A stretch of 64,000 nucleotides of DNA. Origin: a virus. The DNA lies in IMG/VR virus record IMGVR_UViG_3300026516_000166, positions 3,510 to 67,509 of that record. One strand, 5' to 3'. Positions 26,372-36,900 of this stretch are shown here, one piece after another. Each line of letters opens with the position of its first letter. Within the stretch, counting starts at the first letter, position 1. Position numbers and translations under genes: made by a program. A model generated the notes under the pieces. It saw nothing but the letters and a program-made list of their open reading frames with translations, searched no databases and had not been told where the DNA came from.

Positions 26372-26501
26372 CTGCCACGCCCGCCTGTTCGACGGCCGGC
26401 CGACCGTGCAGGAGTGCGACCTGGACGAGGCCGACATCGTCGTCAAGTGCTGGCGCTGCGGGGACTTGCGCGGCTTCGCCAGCGCGGCGTCTGAGGAGTA
26501 G
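26292..26501 (+). CDS. Mu Com-like Zn-finger protein (start uncertain)
   Basis: IRCASCHARLF...IVVKCWRCG. Confidence 0.55.
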   Translation: MDSVKNLNNASPRTRRVFRLVPIRCASCHARLFDGRPTVQECDLDEADIVVKCWRCGDLRGFASAASEE

Positions 26502-26504
26502 GCC

Positions 26505-29500
26505 GTGGCGATCCAGATCGGGTCGATGTACTTCTCGGTGGGGGCCGACACCAGGGACTACCAGTCAAAAATGGCCCAGGTGGACGCCACCGCCCGCAAC
26601 GTGGCGGGCAGCGCGTCGTCGTCCTTGCGCCGCATCGCCGAGACCGCCACCGGCTTCCTGGTCGCCCAGGCCATCCCCGCCGTGATCAACGGCTTCAAGG
26701 GGTTGGCGCAGGAGGCGTTCAACGCCTACGGCAACTACGAGCGGCTGTCCCTCTCCCTGGAGACCCTCGCCCGGCGCGACCTGATGGAGGCCGCCACGCT
26801 GGAGAAGACCCTGGTCGTCGGCCAGCGGCGGGTGGAGCTATCGGCCCAGGAGATCGAAAAGCTGGGCGACCTGATGCGCCAGCGCGACCTGTACGCGGCC
26901 CAACTGCAGGAGGAGGCCGAGCGCCACCGCCAGCTGGTGGAGCGCTGGGGCGAGGAGGGGCTGGCCGTCCAGACCCACGCCGCCCGCATGGCGCAGCTGC
27001 AAGACCGCTACGAGGACACGGCCCAGGCGATTGCCAACCTGGAGGGCAAGCAGGGCCAGTACGTGGACATCGTGCAGCGCTCCACCGAGGTCGTGCTGGA
27101 CGAGGCTGAGGCCAAGCGGCGGTCGGCGGAGATCGCGCAGGAGCTACTGCACTGGCAGCAGCAGTTGAACATCAACAGCCCCTTCGACGAGGAGGGGGTG
27201 CAGCAGGCCATGCGCACCGCGGCCGCCTACGGCTTCGTCACCGAGCAGGCGCTGGCCGCTGCCGTGGAGACGGGCAAGCTGACCCAGGAGCAGGTGGATG
27301 CCGAAATCTCCCTGCAACGGCTGGTGCAGGCCACCACCGACTACGCAGCCGGCACGGGGCGCACCACCAAGGAGGTCGAGTTGATCTCCCTGGCGCTGGG
27401 GCAGGTCAAGGCCAAGGGCAAGCTGGCGGGGCAGGAGATTTTGCAGTTGACCAACGCAGGCGTCAACGTGCGCAAGATCCTGGCCGACGCCTTCAACGTG
27501 ACCACCCAAGAGCTTGTCAAGATGCAGGAGCAGGGGCTGATCCCGGCCGACAAGGCGATCAAAGCCATCGTCGAGAGCTTCGAGAAGGACTTCGGCGGCG
27601 CGGCCAAGGAGCAGACCCGGACGTGGCAGGGCTTGACCTCCACCCTGAGCGACCTGAAGAAGATCGGCCTGCGCGAGTTCTTCACCGGCACCTTCCAGGC
27701 CATCCAGCCCTATGTGGCCGACTTCGTGGACAAGCTCGCCAGCCCTGAGACCCTCCAACGGTTGCGCGAGATCGGCGACGCCATCGGCGAGAAGGTGGGC
27801 GGCGCGCTGGAGCGGGTGCAGAAGATCGCCCTTTCCTTCCAGATGGGCGGCGTCCCCGGCCTGCTGATGGCGCTAGGCGTGGACTTCGAGACGGTCAAGA
27901 CGTTGCAGACCATCGGCGACCTGATCGAGGGCGTCTTCAGCCGGATACAGCGCGCTTTCCAGGAGGGCGGCCTGTCGGGCGCAATCGCCCAAGCGCGCGA
28001 CGAGTTCGGCAAGTTCGTGCCGGGCATCCTGGCCGACCTGCGTGGCAAGGCCGACGAGTGGGGCCAGCAGGTGCGTGAGTGGGTCGGACAACTCTGGGCC
28101 AACGTCAAGGACTGGTGGGCGACGGGCGGCGGCGAGCTTGTCACCGGCACCATCGAACGCATCGGCCAGTGGCTGGCGGACGTGATCCGCGGCTTCGGGC
28201 AGTTCAGCGAGAACGCCCGCGGCGGCCTGCTGGAGACAATCGGCAAGCTGTGGCGCGGGCTGGTGGACTGGTGGAACGACGGCGGCGGGGAGATCGTCCT
28301 GGGCACCCTGGAAGCCCTGGGCAGGGCGCTGGCCGAGATCGGCGCGGCCCTGTGGGACGTGATGCAGGGCCTGGCCGCCGAGATCGCCCGCTACACCCGC
28401 GACCTGTGGTATGGGCTGGTGGACTGGTGGCAGACGGGCGGCCAGCAGATGACGGCCGACGCGCTGGCCGCCATCGGGCAGTGGCTCTCACAGTTACTAT
28501 CACAACTGCTTGCCGACCTGCCCACCTGGGCCAGCCAGATCGCCACGTGGATCGAGGGCCTGTTTGCCCAGATTATCGACGCCATTGCCCAGCGCTACCC
28601 CGGCTGGGCCGACAAGGGCGGGGCCTTGCTGGGCGAGTTTTTGGGCAAGGCGCTGGACTTCCTGTTCAACCAACTGCCCGTGCTGGTGGGCAAGCTGGTG
28701 GCCTGGCTCTCTGGCCTGTTCGGCGGGGAGGGCGACGGCGAGTCCAACCAGGTCATCGCTGCCGCGGCCCGGCTGGGGGATGCCGTCTGGGCGGGCGTCC
28801 AGTTGGGCCTGCAATCCTTCTGGGAAGCCCTCTACGAGAACGCTCCGGAGCAGGTGCAGCGGCTGATGGACTGGATCGAGGGCGTGATCTACACGGCCAA
28901 GGAGACCATCAAGTGGCTGGAGGAGCTACCGGAGAAGGGCAAGGACCTGATCACCGGCCTGCTCAGCGGCATCAGCGCCAAGGCCGGCGAGACCCTGACC
29001 ACCGTGTCCCGTTTTGTCGCCGACAACGTGCGCGGGGCGGTCAACTGGATCGAGTTCCTCTGGCAGGTGGGCCGGGATCTGGTCGAGGGCCTGCGCCGCG
29101 GCATCGAGTCCAAGGTCGAGGAGTTCAAGAACTGGATCGTGGGCTGGGCCAAGCGGGTCATCCCCCAGCCGCTGTGGTCATTCTTCGGCATCCACTCGCC
29201 GTCCTTGCTGATGATGGAGCTTGGCGAGATGCTGGTTGCCGGTCTGCTGTCCGGTATCCAGGGTTCCACGCCGGAGGCGGTGAAGCAAGTCAGTGACGCA
29301 GCCTCCTCGATCCTGAACGCCTTCACCGCGGCCATCCGGGCGTTCACAGCGTTGTCCGAGTACCAGTTGGTCGACCTGGACGCCAAGATCGCAGGCGTGA
29401 TCCGCCAGCTGAGCTCGCTGATGTACGCGATGGGCCAGTTCTGGGAGGCGGAGAACGCCGAAAGGGCGGCCATGCTGGGCGAGTGGATCGGGAAGGCCGT

Positions 29501-32500
29501 CGCGCCGCTCAAGGCGTTGATCGACGTCCTGGACGCGCTGGCCGGCTACCGGATGGTCGATCTGCACGGCCAGATCGTCCACCTGGTCGAGCAGTTGAGT
29601 GCCTTGATGTGGGCGATGGGGCAGTTCAGGGAAATGGCGAACGCCGAGCAGGCCGCCGAGTTAGGCCAGTGGGTCGTCAAGGCCATTGCCCCTCTCAAGA
29701 CAATGGTCGAGGCTTTCACTGCCTTGGCTGCGTACAAGCCCGTCCCCCTGCACGGCCTGATCGTTCACATCGTGGAGCAGTTGAGCGCCCTGATGTGGGC
29801 GATGGGGCAGTTCAGGGAAATGGCGAACGCCGAGCAGGCCGCCGAGTTAGGCCAGTGGGTTGTCAAGGCCATCGCCCCTCTCAAGGCCATGGTCGAGGCT
29901 TTCACCGCTTTGGCGAAGTTCAAGCCCGTCCCGTTGCACGGTCTGATCGTTCACATCGTGGAGCAGTTGAGCGCCTTGATGTGGGCAATGGGGCAGTTCA
30001 GGGAGATGGAGAACGCCGAGCGAGCGGCTCAGCTAGGGGAATGGGTGGGCAAGGCCATCGCCCCCATCAAGACGGCCATCGACGCCTTCACCGCGCTGGC
30101 CCGGTATCGCACGCGCGGCATCGCTGCGCAGGCTATCGCGCTGATCGACGAGATCGGCTCGCTGGTGGACGCCCTGGTCGGCCTCTCCCAGCGCGTGGGC
30201 ATGGAGCGGTTGGCGCTTGTCGCCGAGATCGGCGCGACCATCGTCGATGCCCTGGCTCCCTGGCAGGCGGTTGTCGAGACGATCACGTCCATCGTGGATG
30301 TGGCCGGGGTGCGGATCGAGGATGCGGCCACGCGCTTGATCTGGATGACGCACGGTCTCGTCGTCTGGATGCACTGGCTGATCGACTACCTGCCCAGCGG
30401 GCTGCTCGACGCCGTGGCCGACACCGCCCAGCAGGTTGTCGCCGCGCTGTCCCCCTGGAAGGCGGCGGGCGACGCCATCAGCGCCATCGTCGAGGTGTCT
30501 GGGGTTAGAATTGAAAGTGCAAGCCAGCGGTTGATCTGGATGACCCACGGCCTGGTGGAGTGGATGCGCTGGCTCCAGACCTATCTGCCCACAGGCTTGC
30601 TGGAGGACACCGCCGAGTATGCGGACGCGGTGACGCGGGCGCTGGCCCCCTGGTCTGCGGCCGCCGAAGCCGTCAGGGCCATCGCCGAGGTGGCGGGGAC
30701 AAGGATCGAGAGCGCGGCGCAGCGGCTGATCTGGATGACGCACGGCCTTGTCAAGTGGATGCACTGGCTCATCGACTACCTGCCCGTGGGAATGCTCGAA
30801 CAGGTCTCCGCCAAGGCCGACATGGTGGTGCGGGCGCTTGCCCCCTGGCGCGCCGTGGCCGATGCTGTCAAGGCGATTGACGACGCAGCGGGCGCGCGCG
30901 TGCTGACCCACGAGCAGCCAGCGGCCCGGCTGATGTGGCTGACCTACAGCCTCGTCCAGTGGACGAACTGGCTGATCGAGTACCTCCCCTGGGGCGTCCT
31001 GGAACAGGTGGCGGCCAAGGCCGAGATGATCGTGCGGGCCTTGTCCCCCTGGCGGGCCGTGGCCGATGCGGTCAAGGCCATCGACGACGCGGCCGGCGCT
31101 GGCGTCATCAGCCACGGCGGGCGCGGGGCCAAGCTGATGTGGCTGACCTACACCCTGATCGACTGGACCCGCTGGCTGCTGGACTACCTCCCGGTCGGCG
31201 TCCTGGAGCGCGTGGCCGCGCAGGCTGAGGTGCTGATCCGTGCCCTGTCGCCGTGGCGGGCCATCGTCGACGCCGTGGCCGCGCTGAACACCAGGATCGA
31301 GACCGCGGGCATCCCGGAGAAGGCGGGGCTGCTGGCCGACGTGGCGGGCGCGCTGATCCTGGCCCTGGAAAGCGTCGTGGATCGGATCGGGCGCGAGACG
31401 CTGGAGAAGGCCGCGCTGGTTGGCAAGAAGCTGTCCGATGTGCTGGCCCCCTGGGACAAGGCCATCAAGCTGGCCGACGCCATGCGCGCCTGGAAGCTGA
31501 TGCCCGACCTGGTGGACAGGTTCTCCAAGTTCGCCCGCCAGTGGGTCGAGATCGTGGCCGACCTGGCAAAGGCCGTGGCGGTCTTGAGCGAGGACGGCCT
31601 GGACATGGCGCAGCGCTTCGGCGAGGTGCTGGGCAGCCTGGTGGACGGGCTGGCAGGCGCGCTGGAGTTGGCGCTGGCCCTGCCGGAGACGTGGGCGATC
31701 CCCGCCTCCTGGGGGCCGTTCGTGGCCTGGGTCAAGGCGGTCTTCCTGGACTTCTACGCCTGGGTGACCGGCTGGACCAGCGGCACCCGCCCCCCTGCGC
31801 CCGACTTCGACGGCGAGCAGATGGATCTCGTTGCGCTGGTGGCCGACACCATCGGCAGCCTGATGAACGGCCTGCGGGCGGCGCTGGATTTGGCCCTGGC
31901 GCTGCCCGAGACATGGAGCGTCAACCAGGGCGCGTGGGACACCTTCGTCGCCTGGGTGCGGGGCGTGTTCATGGAGTTTTACCAGTGGGTCAACACCGAC
32001 CTGCTGGCCGCCATCCCCACCGAGCCGGGCGACGAGCCGGGCGACCCGACCACCAGCATGGGGCTGGTGCAGACATTCGGGTCGGCGCTGTCGGGGCTGA
32101 TGGGCGGCCTGTCCAGCGCCCTGCAACTGGCCCTGGGGTTCCCAGAAGCCGCGAGCTTCCCCGCGGGCGAAGTGTGGGACAACTTCAAGGGCTGGGTGAT
32201 GCTGGTCTTCGCAGAGTTCCAGACCTGGGTGGTCGAGACCTTCCACCCGGAAGACCCCGACGAGTTCGGCCCCGTGGCGTCCTTCGGCCAGGCCATGCAG
32301 GCGGTCTTCGGCGGCCTGGTCAGCGCCCTGGAGTTCTTCCAGGGCATCGTCGGCTGGGTGGGCATGGGCAGCACCTTCCAGGAGCGGCTGACGCTGTTCC
32401 TGGACGAGGTCAAGGCCCGCTTCGTAGAGATCGCAACGTTTGTCGAGACCGAGCTTGACGCCGACGTCATGGCGACCGTGGGCCTGTTCGGCGAGAAGCT

Positions 32501-33347
32501 GGGCGATCTGGCCGATGGGCTGTCCAGCGCCCTGGACTTCTTCGCGCAGGTGGCCGACACCGACCCCGCCGCCTACACCTCGTCGCATGAGTTCAAGGTC
32601 AGGGTGCAGGCGCTGATCCGCACCATCCACGAGACCATCGCCGCCTTCAACGAGTACGTGGTGCAGGAGAACGGCGACCTGTGGGTCCCTGTGGCCGACC
32701 GGCTGTTCGACGCCTTCGAGCGCATGGTGGGGCTGATGCAGGACGCCCTCAACCTGTTCGTGGACTTGCAGGCGTCCAACCTGCCCACCCCCAACGATCT
32801 CCAGACCTTCATCGCCCTGGTGATCCAGCTGTTCCAGAACCTGACGGGCGCGATCCTGGGCGCGGGGACAGGGGCGCAGAGCGGCGTGGGGCAGGTGCAG
32901 AGCGCCGTCCAGGGCGGGCTGGCGATCCTGGCCGGCTACGCCGACGACTTCTTCGACCTGGGCTACAACTTCGCCGTGGCCCTGGCCGATGGGATCGCGG
33001 CAGGGATCGGCGCGGTGGCAAACGCAGCCACGGCCCTGGGCGATGCAGCCGCGGGCGCGACCGGGGACGCCCTCCAGATCAGCAGCCCCTCCCGCGTGGC
33101 GATGGGGCTGGGCGAGATGTTCGTCGGCGGCTTCGTCAACGCCCTGCTCTCCGGCCAGCGCGAGGTGGACGCGGCCATGCGCGGGCTGGTGGGGCCGCAG
33201 TTGGCCCCGGCAGGCTTGCAGGTGGACGCCCGCAGGCATCTGGTGGTCGAGTTCCGCGGCCAGGCGGGCGGCGGCGTCCCGCTGCCCCACAGCCAGTTCG
33301 ACGCGCTCAAGCGGGAGCTCATCTGGGAGCTTCAGCGCGGTGCCTAG
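26505..33347 (+). CDS. tape measure protein (2280 aa)
   Basis: ALGQVKAKGKLAGQEILQL tape-measure domain, Trp-periodic helical repeats, GIHSPS and ISSPSRV motifs. Confidence 0.95.
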   Translation: MAIQIGSMYFSVGADTRDYQSKMAQVDATARNVAGSASSSLRRIAETATGFLVAQAIPAVINGFKGLAQEAFNAYGNYERLSLSLETLARRDLMEAATLEKTLVVGQRRVELSAQEIEKLGDLMRQRDLYAAQLQEEAERHRQLVERWGEEGLAVQTHAARMAQLQDRYEDTAQAIANLEGKQGQYVDIVQRSTEVVLDEAEAKRRSAEIAQELLHWQQQLNINSPFDEEGVQQAMRTAAAYGFVTEQALAAAVETGKLTQEQVDAEISLQRLVQATTDYAAGTGRTTKEVELISLALGQVKAKGKLAGQEILQLTNAGVNVRKILADAFNVTTQELVKMQEQGLIPADKAIKAIVESFEKDFGGAAKEQTRTWQGLTSTLSDLKKIGLREFFTGTFQAIQPYVADFVDKLASPETLQRLREIGDAIGEKVGGALERVQKIALSFQMGGVPGLLMALGVDFETVKTLQTIGDLIEGVFSRIQRAFQEGGLSGAIAQARDEFGKFVPGILADLRGKADEWGQQVREWVGQLWANVKDWWATGGGELVTGTIERIGQWLADVIRGFGQFSENARGGLLETIGKLWRGLVDWWNDGGGEIVLGTLEALGRALAEIGAALWDVMQGLAAEIARYTRDLWYGLVDWWQTGGQQMTADALAAIGQWLSQLLSQLLADLPTWASQIATWIEGLFAQIIDAIAQRYPGWADKGGALLGEFLGKALDFLFNQLPVLVGKLVAWLSGLFGGEGDGESNQVIAAAARLGDAVWAGVQLGLQSFWEALYENAPEQVQRLMDWIEGVIYTAKETIKWLEELPEKGKDLITGLLSGISAKAGETLTTVSRFVADNVRGAVNWIEFLWQVGRDLVEGLRRGIESKVEEFKNWIVGWAKRVIPQPLWSFFGIHSPSLLMMELGEMLVAGLLSGIQGSTPEAVKQVSDAASSILNAFTAAIRAFTALSEYQLVDLDAKIAGVIRQLSSLMYAMGQFWEAENAERAAMLGEWIGKAVAPLKALIDVLDALAGYRMVDLHGQIVHLVEQLSALMWAMGQFREMANAEQAAELGQWVVKAIAPLKTMVEAFTALAAYKPVPLHGLIVHIVEQLSALMWAMGQFREMANAEQAAELGQWVVKAIAPLKAMVEAFTALAKFKPVPLHGLIVHIVEQLSALMWAMGQFREMENAERAAQLGEWVGKAIAPIKTAIDAFTALARYRTRGIAAQAIALIDEIGSLVDALVGLSQRVGMERLALVAEIGATIVDALAPWQAVVETITSIVDVAGVRIEDAATRLIWMTHGLVVWMHWLIDYLPSGLLDAVADTAQQVVAALSPWKAAGDAISAIVEVSGVRIESASQRLIWMTHGLVEWMRWLQTYLPTGLLEDTAEYADAVTRALAPWSAAAEAVRAIAEVAGTRIESAAQRLIWMTHGLVKWMHWLIDYLPVGMLEQVSAKADMVVRALAPWRAVADAVKAIDDAAGARVLTHEQPAARLMWLTYSLVQWTNWLIEYLPWGVLEQVAAKAEMIVRALSPWRAVADAVKAIDDAAGAGVISHGGRGAKLMWLTYTLIDWTRWLLDYLPVGVLERVAAQAEVLIRALSPWRAIVDAVAALNTRIETAGIPEKAGLLADVAGALILALESVVDRIGRETLEKAALVGKKLSDVLAPWDKAIKLADAMRAWKLMPDLVDRFSKFARQWVEIVADLAKAVAVLSEDGLDMAQRFGEVLGSLVDGLAGALELALALPETWAIPASWGPFVAWVKAVFLDFYAWVTGWTSGTRPPAPDFDGEQMDLVALVADTIGSLMNGLRAALDLALALPETWSVNQGAWDTFVAWVRGVFMEFYQWVNTDLLAAIPTEPGDEPGDPTTSMGLVQTFGSALSGLMGGLSSALQLALGFPEAASFPAGEVWDNFKGWVMLVFAEFQTWVVETFHPEDPDEFGPVASFGQAMQAVFGGLVSALEFFQGIVGWVGMGSTFQERLTLFLDEVKARFVEIATFVETELDADVMATVGLFGEKLGDLADGLSSALDFFAQVADTDPAAYTSSHEFKVRVQALIRTIHETIAAFNEYVVQENGDLWVPVADRLFDAFERMVGLMQDALNLFVDLQASNLPTPNDLQTFIALVIQLFQNLTGAILGAGTGAQSGVGQVQSAVQGGLAILAGYADDFFDLGYNFAVALADGIAAGIGAVANAATALGDAAAGATGDALQISSPSRVAMGLGEMFVGGFVNALLSGQREVDAAMRGLVGPQLAPAGLQVDARRHLVVEFRGQAGGGVPLPHSQFDALKRELIWELQRGA
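29400..30110 (+). repeat. 186-nt (62-aa) tandem repeats in TMP, about 3.5-4 copies
   Basis: GCAGTTGAG..CC.TGATGTGGGC at 29591, 29777, 29963. Confidence 0.85.
30240..31290 (+). repeat. 195-204-nt (65-68-aa) tandem repeats in TMP, about 5 copies
   Basis: RLIWMT/RLMWLT/KLMWLT units at 30333, 30528, 30723, 30927, 31131. Confidence 0.85.
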
Positions 33348-33369
33348 TCCAGCAAGCTGGACGCATGAG

Positions 33370-33383
33370 GTTATGAAGATAAC
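33370..33383. promoter_or_regulatory. dispersed palindromic site upstream of SH3 gene
   Basis: GTTATGAAGATAAC. Confidence 0.6.
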
Positions 33384-33386
33384 GAC

Positions 33387-33701
33387 ATGAGGATCGAAAA
33401 GGGTTCTGTCCTGCGAGCCACCGGTAACGTCAAAGTGCGATCTGGCGCAGGAACGCAGTACGACATCGTGGCTGTTCTGCAAAAGGATGCCCTGGCGACG
33501 GCCCTGGCGCGCCCTTCTGGCAGTTGGGTCAAATGCCAGGTGGAAGGCTGGGCGCTGAGCAGCGCGCCCGGCACGGTGTACAGCGAGCCTGACATCCACA
33601 GCAGTGTGGACGCCAAGCGCGGCGTGGGCGAGTGGCAGGAAGTCAGTCTGACCGGCTACATCCATACCGCTTATCTGGCAGTAATCGATGGGCCGCAGTA
33701 G
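33387..33701 (+). CDS. SH3b-domain protein
   Basis: NVKVRSGAGTQYDIVAVL...WVKC..EGW...GYIHTAYL. Confidence 0.7.
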   Translation: MRIEKGSVLRATGNVKVRSGAGTQYDIVAVLQKDALATALARPSGSWVKCQVEGWALSSAPGTVYSEPDIHSSVDAKRGVGEWQEVSLTGYIHTAYLAVIDGPQ

Positions 33702-33743
33702 ACCTTTCGAGGTCGGCGGCAGCAAATCCAAGGAGGTTCAAGC

Positions 33744-33914
33744 ATGTTTCGGGTAGTTTTCTCAGGAGAGACGGCCATCGAGGCCATCAAAGGTCTGTAT
33801 GCGTGGATGGCTGAGAACCAGTCCCTGGCGACCGGCGTGACGGACATCGTGGTCAACCGCCAGCAGAAGGGCTGGGAAGCGGTGGTCTACGTGGTCGTCG
33901 TCAAGGATCGCTAG
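33744..33914 (+). CDS. hypothetical 56-aa protein (below ORF-track cutoff)
   Basis: strong SD AAGGAGG, ATG 33744 to TAG 33914, followed by a hairpin at about 33920-33944. Confidence 0.55.
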   Translation: MFRVVFSGETAIEAIKGLYAWMAENQSLATGVTDIVVNRQQKGWEAVVYVVVVKDR

Positions 33915-33971
33915 ACGAAAAGGGGGTCGGCGTCCGGCCCCCTTACCCCTTGCAGTTACAAAGGCAAACCT

Positions 33972-36900
33972 ATGAGCGACGAAGTTCAGGTCTTGATTGG
34001 CGGCGTTGACCGCACCAACCGGCTCCTCAACTCCTCCCTGCGCTGGACGGAGTACGAGGGCGGGCAGACCGGGGCCATGAGCCTGGAGATCGAGGACGTG
34101 AATGACGATCTGAGCATCTCCGAGTGGCAGCAGGTCGTGGTCAAGATCGGCCCCGCCGCCGTCTGGGGCGGCTACATCGTGCGCGCCCTGCCCGGCCTGA
34201 CCGAGGGCGGCAACCGGCGCTGGTCATTGCAGTGCGAGAGTTGGGACACCCTGCTCAACCGCACCCCCATCGTGCGCTGCACTTACGCCAACAAGACGCC
34301 TGCCGAGATCATCGCCGACCTGTTCGCTCGCGCTGAACTTACCAATGAGTTTGACGCCGAAGGTCTAGTAGCGGCAAACCTGCCGGTCATCGGGAGCTTT
34401 GTCGCCGCTGGCGAGAAGCTGACTGATCTGCTTGACAGGCTGGCTCTGCTTGCTGGCGCATCATGGTGGATCAGCCTCGATCGAGAGGTTGTCTTCACAC
34501 TTCCAGCCAGCCTGCCCGCCGCCCCCTTCGCCGTCAAGGCGCTGGGGCTGGCCGACTTCTCCACGTCTTTTCCGCCCAGCGGCAGCCCCACGCCCGACAT
34601 CGACGCCGCGGACATCAGGAACCGGGTGACGGTCTATGGCGGCGTGGTGCCCAGCGCGATTGAGGTGGCGCTGTTCTACGGGGACGGCGCGACCAAGAGG
34701 TTTACCCTGGATCACGCCCCTGTCCATGAGATTGTGAAGATAACCGTAGACGGCGTGCTGCAATGGCACGGCTACGACTACTACGACTCGCAGTTCAACA
34801 ACTACGACTGCCTGGTGGACTACACCCTGGGCACCGTGCGCTGGCTGGACGCGCCGCCCTTCGACGCCGAGATCGAAGTCCAATACCGCTACAGGCAGCA
34901 GCTGGTGACGGTGCGCCAGTCGGACGCCAGCCATGCTCAGTATGGCCGCTGGTTCGATTTTGAGCTTCGTGACGCCTCCCTGACCACCGAGCCGGCCTGC
35001 ATCGCGGCCGCGGATGCGCTGCTGGCCGAGTACGCCTTCCCTGCGGTGGGCGCGTCGCTGGAGGTCGAGTGGTTTGGCCCGCGGGCCGGCCAGCGCATCC
35101 AGGTGGAGATGCCCTCCCTGGGCCTGTCTGGCTTCTACGTCATCCGCCAGGCCACGGTCGAGCTTGCCCGCTCCACAAGGAAGGCGCTGGTGGCGTTGAA
35201 GGTGGGCGGGCGTTCGGCGCGTCTGTCGCGGGTGATCGGCGGCGAGCGGGGGACGGGCAGCCTGCTGGGGCCAGGGGCGTACCTGCCCACGCAGCCCAAT
35301 CAGTCCCTGTCGGGCGAGATCGACCTGCTGCGTGTGCGAGACAGGATCGAGGTCATCGACCGCGCCACCACCTTCGTCAGCCCCGGCAACTACGGCAACG
35401 CCACCGGCCTGGTGCTGCTGTTCGACGCCGTGGCGCAGCAGGGGCGGCTGCTGGGGCTGGACGGCGGCGTCCTGCAAGCCTACTTCGACCACGACGGGAC
35501 CATCAAGTGGGACGGTGGGAACGGGGCGCTCAGAAGCAACGGGCTGAACATCGGGCCATGGGACAACGGGTTCGGCGACCAGGGCATCCAGTTGGAATAC
35601 AACGGCGGTTCTCCCCGCGCCTACATCGGCGACGGCGACGCCAACTTCTTCCTGTTCGACGGGGCCGACGCGCAGTTCGGCGGGCTGATCTACGCGGCGG
35701 GCGGCCACTTCTCCGGCTCAGTCTACGTGGGCGCGTCCAACCCCCGCATCCACCTGGACGGTTTCAACAAGCGCATCGAGAGCACCAACTTTGCTGCTGG
35801 GGTTTCCGGCTTCCGGCTGGCAGGCGCGACGGGCAACGCCGAGTTCAACGACGCCACCCTGCGCGGCACCATCTACGCGGCGGGCGGCGACTTCAGCGGA
35901 TCGGTCTACGTGGGAACAGCCGACCCCCGCATCCACATCGACGGGGCCAATAAGCGGATCGAGAGCACCAACTTCGCCTCCGGCACGTCCGGCTTCAGGA
36001 TCGAGGGCGCGACGGGCAACGCCGAGTTCAACAACATCACCGCCCGCGGGGCCATCGCCAGCGCTGTCTTCACCTACAACCAGATCCAGGCCACGGCGGG
36101 CGAGATCGTGGTCGCCAAGGGGGCTGGTAAGTTGGCAAGCTCAGCGACGTTGGGATTGGGCACACGCATCCTTACCATCGAAGACCCTCCGGGAATCAGC
36201 CACGCCGCGGCTGGCACGCTGTGGGCAGTCAACGACATCGTGCGCATCAAAGACCCTGCCATCTGCGATACGTGGCTCAAGGTGATGGCAGTCATCGACA
36301 ACACCACCAACTGGCTGCTCTTTGCATCGTACCAATCTGGCACCATGTTTGGTACTGTGCAGTCCGGCACCGCCGTTGTCAACTACGGCCAGTCGGGCCA
36401 AGGGCTGGTGCGCATCAGCACCGTGGGGTCTTACGCGCCGCTGATTTCTATCGCCACGCACGCGGGAGCGCCGTGGTCAACCTTGATCGAGAAAGCGCGG
36501 CTGGGCAACCTGGATGGAATTAGCGATGCCTCCGGGTACGGGCTGTGGACAAACAGCGGCTTCTTCACCGGCACAGTGAACGCTGCCAGCGGCCAGATCG
36601 GGGGCTGGTCTGTCAGCCCCGGCTTGCTGTACGCAGACAACGTGGGGCTGTCTCCCGCAGATTACCCGTTTTTCGCTGGCTCCTCCAAACCTGAAACGGC
36701 TCCTTTCCAGGTTACGGCCAGCGGTCAACTGACGGCGACCGATGCCATCATCACCGGCGACATCACTGCCACGTCCGGCACGTTTACAGGCACTGTCTAC
36801 GCCGCCAGCGGTGAGATCGCTGGCTGGAAGATGACGCCCACCAGGCTATACTCGGAAGACCCCGCTGCCTATGCTGGTGTGGGCATGGCGACCTATCAGG

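Noticed and set aside
30033..33731. 1232-aa reverse-strand ORF and many other long antisense or alternate-frame ORFs
   Set aside because: These are shadows of high-GC codon bias opposite well-supported genes, with no recognisable motifs.
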